Sequence record: KY926791.1
Strand: one strand, 5' to 3'
Source of the DNA: Salmonella phage SE1Kor
DNA length: 32,000 nt
Shown one piece after another: positions 25,446 to 32,000 of this stretch. Positions within the stretch are counted from its first letter, which is position 1, and each line of letters starts with the position of its first letter. The position numbers and the translations under genes were made by a program. A model generated the notes under the pieces. It searched no databases, was not told the origin of the DNA, and was given only the letters and a program-made list of their open reading frames with translations.

Positions 25446-27409
25446 ACGCGATTGGGTTTTTCTGGACGGATTTACCTCCCGCTAAGAAAGAGAAGAAACA
25501 GAAAGTAAAACGTCAACCAGTTGAAAGGGTATGGGAGCGTCCAGACTACCTTCCAGGTCTTGATGCAGCAATGCGTTTTGCAGCTAACGATCCGCGTATG
25601 ACAGACGGTGAGTTAGTGGAGATGTATTTTGCACAAGAAACGTTCGTATACGATATCGAATGCTATAAGAACTATTTTCTTGTAGCGTTTAAAGGGGTTA
25701 AGTTCGGTAAGGTTTATTATCTAGAAATGACTGCCGGTCAAACACTTGACACGGAAAAGTATGAATGGATAATGAAGAACTTTCGTACAGTTGGTTTCAA
25801 CTCAAGAAACTACGATAATACGATGACATTCCTTGCCATTGCTGGTCTGACTGTTGACAAGCTGAAAGAAGCAAGTGACAGGATGATCCAGGAAGAGTGG
25901 GCTCCGTGGGACATTCTTAACAGTTTTGGTGTGAAACAGTTTTGGATTGACCACATTGACGTTCAAGAAGTGGCGCCTGGCTTCGGTTCACTGAAGTTGT
26001 ACGGTGGCCGTATGCACATGCAGAAGCTCCAGGACTTACCGTTCCCAGCGCATTGGGCGCTGTCCATAGAGCAGATTGCTATTGTGCGCTTCTACTGTAT
26101 TAACGACCTTGATACAACAATGGCTCTGTTTAACTCACTGGAAGAGCAAATCCATCTACGTGAGATTATGAGTGAAGAGTATAAAGTAGACCTTCGCTCT
26201 AAATCTGATGCACAGATTGCAGAAGCTGTAATTCGTCACGAGATGAAGGAAATGCTGGGCTTCGTACCACAAAAAGGGATGGTGGAAGTCGGTAGAACCT
26301 TTAGATACAATCCTCCAGTGTGGTTAGGTTTCCAAACGCCACTAATGAAGTCGGTATTTCAGGTGGTGCTTGACAGTTACTTCCGAGTTGCAGAAGATGG
26401 TAAAATTAAACAACCATCAACGATGAACTCTTTGAAGTTTACAATCAACCAGACAACTTACAACATGGGTATCGGTGGTCTGCACTCGTGTGAAGAGTTA
26501 ATGGAGATTGTGCCATCTGAAGACGAAGAGATGTGGGATGCTGACGTAACATCGTACTACCCAATCTGTATCATTAACCAGCAACTGTATCCTGAACACC
26601 TTGGCCCACGTTTTATCGATATCTTCGTTAAGATCGTAGAACGACGTATTGCAGCTAAGATGGCCCATGACGATAAGACTGCACAAACTCTTAAGATCGT
26701 TATCAACGGTTCTTATGGTAAGTTCGGTTCACCGTTCTCTATTCTGTATGCACCGCACCTTATTATTCAGACTACACTCACAGGTCAGTTGGCTCTACTT
26801 ATGCTCATTGAGACACTGGAGCTTAACGGTATTCAGGTCGTTAGTGCTAACACGGATGGTATCGTTATTAAACCTTGCAAAGCTAAGAAGCAATTAATGA
26901 CAAATATCATTAAGTGGTGGGAAGAAACAACTGGCTTTGAAATGGAGTTGAACCAGTACCTGCGCCTTAACTCTGCAAACGTTAACAACTACGTCGCAAT
27001 TAAGGCGGATGGTAAAGCCAAGCGTAAAGGTTGGTTCGCAGAGACTGGACTTGCTAAGAACGCGGAAGGCGAGATTATTATGGATGCTGTGGTTAATCTC
27101 CTCCGTGACGGTACGCCAATTGCTAAAACTATCACAGAGTGTCAGGACATTCGTAAGTTTGTTTGTATCAAGACAGCTAACGGTGGCGCTGCATGGAATA
27201 GTGAGCCATTGGGTAAAGTCGTTCGCTGGTATTATACAAAAGAGGAAGTACCTGAGATATTGATAGTCAAGAGTGGTGGTCGTGTCGGTAAGACAGCAGG
27301 GGGTAAACCTATGATGGAACTTACTGACCAGTTACCGCCGGATCTCAACCACGAAGTGTACATAGCTAAAGCGGAAAAATTGCTGGAAAAACTCGCATAC
27401 GCCGCTTAA
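25436..27409 (+). CDS. Family B-like DNA polymerase with 3'-5' exonuclease motifs
   Basis: YDIECYKN (ExoI), GFNSRNYDN (ExoII), YCINDLDTT (ExoIII-like), DADVTSYYPICI (motif A), LKIVINGSYGKFG (motif B), SANTDGIVI (motif C variant). Confidence 0.85.
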   Translation: MRKDAIGFFWTDLPPAKKEKKQKVKRQPVERVWERPDYLPGLDAAMRFAANDPRMTDGELVEMYFAQETFVYDIECYKNYFLVAFKGVKFGKVYYLEMTAGQTLDTEKYEWIMKNFRTVGFNSRNYDNTMTFLAIAGLTVDKLKEASDRMIQEEWAPWDILNSFGVKQFWIDHIDVQEVAPGFGSLKLYGGRMHMQKLQDLPFPAHWALSIEQIAIVRFYCINDLDTTMALFNSLEEQIHLREIMSEEYKVDLRSKSDAQIAEAVIRHEMKEMLGFVPQKGMVEVGRTFRYNPPVWLGFQTPLMKSVFQVVLDSYFRVAEDGKIKQPSTMNSLKFTINQTTYNMGIGGLHSCEELMEIVPSEDEEMWDADVTSYYPICIINQQLYPEHLGPRFIDIFVKIVERRIAAKMAHDDKTAQTLKIVINGSYGKFGSPFSILYAPHLIIQTTLTGQLALLMLIETLELNGIQVVSANTDGIVIKPCKAKKQLMTNIIKWWEETTGFEMELNQYLRLNSANVNNYVAIKADGKAKRKGWFAETGLAKNAEGEIIMDAVVNLLRDGTPIAKTITECQDIRKFVCIKTANGGAAWNSEPLGKVVRWYYTKEEVPEILIVKSGGRVGKTAGGKPMMELTDQLPPDLNHEVYIAKAEKLLEKLAYAA

Positions 27410-27415
27410 TAAAAA

Positions 27416-27443
27416 GTGGGCCAATACGTTTGTACTGGCCCAC
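27416..27443. terminator. Bidirectional terminator at the strand switch
   Basis: GTGGGCCAATAC-GTTT-GTACTGGCCCAC (one mismatch) between convergent genes, A/T tracts on both sides. Confidence 0.7.
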
Positions 27444-27479
27444 AATAAAATGCCCCAAAATGCCGCACGTTGCCTCTGC

Positions 27480-27749
27480 TTATTCTTCTTTTTCTTGTTT
27501 TTTATTTGATTCTTGGATGCCTAGAACAGCCAAGACCTTTACAGCAATGCGTTGTGCAATATCAACTTGTTGCTGAGTTAGTTTACCTGAACTCATTACT
27601 GACATAATACCAGTTAAAGAGCCCATGGATTTGAAGTCATTGAAAGCGGACTTTAAGATGTCTAATTCGGAATGACCTTCGTCTACCACAACATGCGCAC
27701 GTATTGCGAGTTGCTGAACTACTTTATCAATACCTTCGTTCTTCGTCAT
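27480..27749 (-). CDS. Hypothetical phage protein
   Basis: 89-aa minus-strand ORF, 4-bp overlap with upstream gene. Confidence 0.6.
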   Translation of the reverse strand: MTKNEGIDKVVQQLAIRAHVVVDEGHSELDILKSAFNDFKSMGSLTGIMSVMSSGKLTQQQVDIAQRIAVKVLAVLGIQESNKKQEKEE

Positions 27750-28294
27750 TTAACTTCACCTTTCTGCTCTGGTTTGACCACAGTTTGCGGTTGAGGTTGC
27801 ACCTGAGGCTCTGTAGTTTGCGGTTTCGCGTGTAACACGCTCTGATCTATCGTCGGTGGCCATGGGCTAATGCTCTCACGGGATTCTACAGGCTGCGCGG
27901 GTTCCAGACCTAAGAACTTACTTACGAATTCACCTGCAAAGTCAGAGTTATCGCTCACATATACGTGCATACGATCGAGATCGGATTGGCTAATGGAGTT
28001 CGGAGCTATTGTGATCTTAAACTGGTGGAAGCCAACATACATCACATTCACTGGACGTTCGATAGTACCTGGCGTTGGTGGTATCACACCAATTATCCAA
28101 CAATAATGAACCCGACCATCTGCCATAGGTTCGCAACCAGCATTTAGCCAGCTGACCTTTTGGTGCGGAAACGCAGTCGTTGAATCGGTAGCGTCCCGAC
28201 GTAACGCCCATTCAACGCCGCCAACGCTGATGGAGCTTTTCGGTTTCATACCATTGAATTGAGTAACGCCCATACCATTGTTTATGTTCTGCAT
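27746..28294 (-). CDS. Hypothetical phage protein
   Basis: 182-aa minus-strand ORF. Confidence 0.6.
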   Translation of the reverse strand: MQNINNGMGVTQFNGMKPKSSISVGGVEWALRRDATDSTTAFPHQKVSWLNAGCEPMADGRVHYCWIIGVIPPTPGTIERPVNVMYVGFHQFKITIAPNSISQSDLDRMHVYVSDNSDFAGEFVSKFLGLEPAQPVESRESISPWPPTIDQSVLHAKPQTTEPQVQPQPQTVVKPEQKGEVK

Positions 28295-28310
28295 GTCAGC
28301 TTCCTATCTT

Positions 28311-28676
28311 TTACATCGCTTTCATTTTCTTGAGTGCGCAAATACAGGCCGCCGCAAGATCAGTTAGTTCTTTTTCTACACCAGTATGTGAACCTTCAGC
28401 TTTCTTTTCCATCAGCTCACGATACTCCATTTCAACAATTGACATCATACCGCCGGACTTGCTACTGTACGCCGCCCAAGTTGACGGAGGCTGTTCCATC
28501 CGCTGATGCACATCTGCCATAACTGCCATAGATTCATGATCTCTAGCATGAAGTTTATCATGTTCGTGATACTCCTCTTTATGGTGTTCGTCCGTCTTGT
28601 AAACCAGATGAGGTAAAGCAATCATTGGAAGACGAACATGTGGTAACGCAAACGTGGCTATCTTAATGTGACCCAT
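28311..28676 (-). CDS. Hypothetical His/Met-rich protein
   Basis: 121-aa minus-strand ORF, tight spacing. Confidence 0.55.
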   Translation of the reverse strand: MGHIKIATFALPHVRLPMIALPHLVYKTDEHHKEEYHEHDKLHARDHESMAVMADVHQRMEQPPSTWAAYSSKSGGMMSIVEMEYRELMEKKAEGSHTGVEKELTDLAAACICALKKMKAM

Positions 28677-28695
28677 ATGTTTGACCTCTTTTTAA

Positions 28696-28717
28696 AAACG
28701 CCCCGTGAGAGGCGTTT
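28696..28717 (-). terminator. Terminator downstream of the Gly/Cys-rich gene
   Basis: Minus strand AAACGCC-TCTCACGG-GGCGTTT followed by a T/A run. Confidence 0.6.
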
Positions 28718-28741
28718 AGTTGACCACACTTTAGGATCTTA

Positions 28742-29449
28742 TCAACCACAGCAACCAGTCGGCGGAGTCGGAGGAGTTGGCAGCTTGAAGTTAACGAGCT
28801 GTTCAACCTGATCGATTTGACACTTCAGTTTCGCGGTCTGAGCCTGCTGAGAGATCAGGAAATCGCGTGACTGGATCTGGGACTTCAGATCACAAATCAG
28901 GATTGCTTGACGATCAGCTTCTTGTTTCAACAGCAGAGCGCGGGTTTCGTTGCCCTGACGTTCGATGTTGAGGTTGGTTTCGCAGCAGCACTCTTGAGCT
29001 CGTAATTGAGCTTCATAAGCAATACGCTGTTGTTCATAGGATTGAGCGCAGATAGCGTTGGCGATCTGGTTAGTACCCTGCTGAATCTGAGTATTCACAC
29101 CAGCGAAGCCCTGTACGGATGCCAGCAGGTTTTGAGTGTTCTGCTGAGTGATACCGTTAAAGGTGGAAGCGGCGGAACGCTCTACAGTTAGGTTAGTACC
29201 GTTCTGGCCCTGGATAGTCTGCAGAGTGCCGTTGTTGATAGCTTGCAGAATAGCATTGGTGTCAACTGATGCTTGAACTTCTACAGGACCAGCACGACCA
29301 CCCCAACCGCCCCAACCACCACCGCCACCCCAACCATTTCCGATCCACGAACCGATTAAGCCACCGATACCACCGCCAACGGCCGCTGCACCAGCTTCAC
29401 CACCGAAACCGCCACCTAAACCGCTCGGAATAAGAGTCATGTCAGACAT
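28742..29449 (-). CDS. Gly-rich N-terminus, Cys-containing helical protein; possible structural protein
   Basis: GGGFGGEAGAAAVGGGIGGLIGSWIGNGWGGGGGWGGWGG; internal ECCCET and terminal PTPPTGCCG; AGGAGATTTTCCT-like leader. Confidence 0.6.
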   Translation of the reverse strand: MSDMTLIPSGLGGGFGGEAGAAAVGGGIGGLIGSWIGNGWGGGGGWGGWGGRAGPVEVQASVDTNAILQAINNGTLQTIQGQNGTNLTVERSAASTFNGITQQNTQNLLASVQGFAGVNTQIQQGTNQIANAICAQSYEQQRIAYEAQLRAQECCCETNLNIERQGNETRALLLKQEADRQAILICDLKSQIQSRDFLISQQAQTAKLKCQIDQVEQLVNFKLPTPPTPPTGCCG

Positions 29450-29576
29450 AGGAAAATCTCCATATGGATTTGTTAAGCGAATGTAACCAACGGGTTACGA
29501 AGTAAGCATACCCCTTAACATGGTTTTTACAATGATCCATATGTAAAGATTTTGTAAATTAGGGTTGACAGCCAAT

Positions 29577-29604
29577 AAAAAGCGCGTCTTCGGGCGCGCC
29601 TTGT
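29577..29604 (-). terminator. Terminator downstream of the tail fibre gene
   Basis: Plus-strand AAGCGCG-TCTTCGGG-CGCGCCTT with one bulge; minus strand continues TTTTTATT. Confidence 0.55.
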
Positions 29605-29640
29605 GATTATTTTTTGTTAACTTTCCAGCGTTGTTGTTTG

Positions 29641-29776
29641 TTGAGTAACGCCGCTACCACCGCCTTAAGATCTGCAATTTCAGATTTCAGTGTTTCCATC
29701 TCCTCTTGTTGAGTAACGCCGCTACCACCGCCTTAAGATCTGCAATTTCAGATTTCAGTGTTTCGATCTCCTCTTG
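29641..29776. repeat. 68-bp tandem duplication at the 3' end of the tail fibre gene
   Basis: 29641-29708 and 29709-29776 differ at one position (tttCCatc vs tttCGatc). Confidence 0.85.
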
Positions 29777-30793
29777 TTGCTTGTCAACTTGATCGCTCAT
29801 TTCGTTGAATGCGTTAACCAAAAGAGCAGTAACCCCGCCGTAGCTAACACCTAAATATTCAGAATTTGAAACCTTGTAAACCGCTTCCGGCAGAACTGTT
29901 TGCACATCTTGAGCGATTACACCAGCCTCCTCCGAATATATAGAATGTTCATCTTCATAAAGATTACTGCGCTTAAAGTAAGTGTAACCCTTGATTGACT
30001 TCACTTTTTCTCTAGCGCTCTTAATCTCCTTCAAGTTTGCTTCCAGTCTAATATCTGACGTACTGACCCATTGAACACATGAGGCGTAACCAGCGTCATT
30101 AAATGAGTAAATCGCACCCCTTACATTAAAATGAGCCTCGCAAGCTCCAGTGTTAAATCTGACAACATCAAGACCAGCAACCCAATCATAACCCCACCGA
30201 ACGGCCTTAAAGACGTTTGATGCTGCACCATCGCTTGGCAACTCAACAAGAAGACCAGCCGCTCGGTCCCTCCAATCAACAAAAGCACCTCCAGATACTT
30301 GACCGCCAATTAGAGCATTACCGCTACCAGTTCTAGATCCTGAAACTCTAATACCATTTGCATTATTATCAACAGGCCATATGGTTAAAAGACCGTTAAG
30401 ATGAAGGTTTTGATGGTCAAATAATGCAACATTTCTACCATTACAAAAAACCTGCAATACTCCTTCGCCGCCTTGCTTAAATCCAGTGTCGCTATCACCT
30501 ATAACTAACGAATTAGACCCAAGTGAATTTATAATGCCTCTACCAATTGCTATTGTATTGTAATTTATGGCGTTTCCGCTTTCGTCAAATTGATAATAGT
30601 TTGTGTCTCCACCTTCTCTTGTTACCTGTATTGTTGCATAAGCAGTACCACCTAGAATTTCATTGTAGATCCTTGAATATGAAAGTTGCACACCTTCTGC
30701 GTTCTTGTTTCTAAGGTAAAGAATGCCGGAATGATTGGCCGTTGTTGTCATCAAGATATACACCCAAGAACACAGGAATATGATTTGTCGCAA
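29687..30793 (-). CDS. Tail fibre/spike C-terminal part with peptidase S74-like intramolecular chaperone
   Basis: STSDIRLEANLKEIKSAREKVKSIKGYTYFKR...EEAGVIAQDVQTVLPEAVYKVSNSEYLGVSYGGVTALLVNAFNEMSDQVDKQQEEI. Confidence 0.8.
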   Translation of the reverse strand: MRQIIFLCSWVYILMTTTANHSGILYLRNKNAEGVQLSYSRIYNEILGGTAYATIQVTREGGDTNYYQFDESGNAINYNTIAIGRGIINSLGSNSLVIGDSDTGFKQGGEGVLQVFCNGRNVALFDHQNLHLNGLLTIWPVDNNANGIRVSGSRTGSGNALIGGQVSGGAFVDWRDRAAGLLVELPSDGAASNVFKAVRWGYDWVAGLDVVRFNTGACEAHFNVRGAIYSFNDAGYASCVQWVSTSDIRLEANLKEIKSAREKVKSIKGYTYFKRSNLYEDEHSIYSEEAGVIAQDVQTVLPEAVYKVSNSEYLGVSYGGVTALLVNAFNEMSDQVDKQQEEIETLKSEIADLKAVVAALLNKRRWKH

Positions 30794-32000
30794 GCCCTAA
30801 AATGTGCCTTACTCCATCTGGAGTTGTTGCACCTGTACCGCCAGCGTTGATAGCTAAAGGATGTCTTTCTCCGTCAGACATTGTAAGACATCCCCAATCG
30901 CCGTTATCCTTTATAAAAATTGCATATTTGGAAATATCAGGGGAGTATATTAAACTTTGTTCGTCTGTACTTTTGAATGATGCAATCTCCAGATTTTTCT
31001 TAGCGTCAGTTATATTATCGGCGCCAGTACCACCTGCACCAATGAGAATTGGTTTTGTTGTTGCACCATCTGAGGTCTGAACAATAAATAGACCGTCTCC
31101 GTTTCTTAAGACAATTCTATAATTCCCGTCTGGTGAGTAAATAAAAGTATGACCGCCAACACTATCAAACGCATGTAAGCGGAGGTTTTGTCTTGCAATG
31201 TTTATGTCGGATAAATCGGAAAGATTATTTTCTTTTAGTAACGATTTACCAATAATGCCTTCAGCTTTGCCAGCAGCTACTTCCGCGCGCCCAGCGTCTG
31301 TAGATGCGCTTTGTGCGCTACCAGCAGCATTGCTAGCTTGTTGTCCTGCTTCGGTAGCACTATTGCTTGCTTGTGCAGCTGAAGCAGCGGCAGCGTCTTT
31401 TAGTGTGGTAGTCTCCGCTTTTAACTGCTCAACGTCAGATTTTAGACCTTGAATTGTGGTCACAGCTTGTGATGCAGTATTAGCGGAACCAGCAGCGCCA
31501 GCCTGTGCTTGTTTAGCAGCGTCTTCACTAGCTTTAGCATCATTTTTATAGACAAGTGCATCTGAAGCAGATTGAGCAGCTGAAGCCTTACTATTACGAG
31601 CGTCCGTAGCATCTGCGTTTGCTGCCGCAGCAGAGCGGCCAGCTTGCAAAGAGTATTCTTCAGAAGCAGCCACAAGTTGTTGAACTTGTTTGATAACATC
31701 TGGTGTTAGTTCTTCTTCCACCCAATTAACAAGATAACCATTAAGTGACCCATCCGGACTATCTGCATATAGGACAATTTCTCCAGCCTTATATGGTTCT
31801 TTTCCTTGAGGACCCACTATAACCACATAGTGTCCTGGGTTCATTGTGATATTATATGCACCTTGAGAATCTGTACGGAATATTGCTTCGCTACTACCTA
31901 ACACTATGAGTGTGTTACTTCTTGCTATCAAGGATACGGTTGCATTAACAATAGGTTTATTCAAACCATCTGTTAGGATACCATATAGACGAATTGTCAT
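30711..32000 (-). CDS. Tail fibre N-terminal part (fibre-tip attachment domain plus Ala/Ser/Gln-rich helical shaft); start lies at the window edge
   Basis: MTIRLYGILTDGLNKPIVNATVSLIA... then AGRSAAAANADATDARNSKASAAQSAS repeats and two GAGGTGA / NAGGTGA-type segments. Confidence 0.78.
   Translation of the reverse strand: MTIRLYGILTDGLNKPIVNATVSLIARSNTLIVLGSSEAIFRTDSQGAYNITMNPGHYVVIVGPQGKEPYKAGEIVLYADSPDGSLNGYLVNWVEEELTPDVIKQVQQLVAASEEYSLQAGRSAAAANADATDARNSKASAAQSASDALVYKNDAKASEDAAKQAQAGAAGSANTASQAVTTIQGLKSDVEQLKAETTTLKDAAAASAAQASNSATEAGQQASNAAGSAQSASTDAGRAEVAAGKAEGIIGKSLLKENNLSDLSDINIARQNLRLHAFDSVGGHTFIYSPDGNYRIVLRNGDGLFIVQTSDGATTKPILIGAGGTGADNITDAKKNLEIASFKSTDEQSLIYSPDISKYAIFIKDNGDWGCLTMSDGERHPLAINAGGTGATTPDGVRHILGLATNHIPVFLGVYLDDNNGQSFRHSLP

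Noticed and set aside
1-32000. CRISPR arrays, integrase/attachment sites, IS elements, rRNA or canonical tRNA genes
   Set aside because: No regularly spaced repeats, recombinase motifs, IS-like ends or cloverleaf structures were seen by eye; absence is not proven without tools.

Overview
This window reads as the replication and DNA-modification region of a lytic, tailed Escherichia-type phage, most like the 9g/Nonagvirus-Seuratvirus group by gene content (inference; no database search was possible). The first ~27.4 kb is a tightly packed plus-strand block. It encodes small early proteins, an AEP/DUF3987-type primase-helicase broken into three frames, a PD-(D/E)XK-like nuclease, dUTPase, RNase H, ATP-dependent DNA ligase, a Sak4-like ATPase, a DUF669-like Q-rich protein, a Cas4/RecB-like exonuclease, an SF2 helicase, a 7-deazaguanine DNA-modification cluster (queE, unknown gene, gat-queC, queD, folE, HNH, dpdA), a sliding-clamp-like protein, a second HNH gene and a family B DNA polymerase. 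After a terminator near 27.43 kb the strand switches to minus-strand genes, including a Gly/Cys-rich protein and a tail fibre with an S74-like chaperone end, split by a frame break. Main second-look items: (1) Gat-QueC/DpdA cluster predicting deoxyarchaeosine-type DNA; (2) the SF2 helicase ends in DFDDDIPF, the same as the E. coli SSB C-terminal tip; (3) a 13-bp direct repeat exactly brackets an HNH gene inserted at the clamp/polymerase ATGA overlap; (4) three apparent +1 frame breaks and a frame-disrupting 68-bp tandem duplication; (5) structured 5' UTR or ncRNA candidates at ~2374-2431, ~7928-8035 and ~9175-9238; (6) an uncharacterised gene translationally packed between queE and gat-queC.
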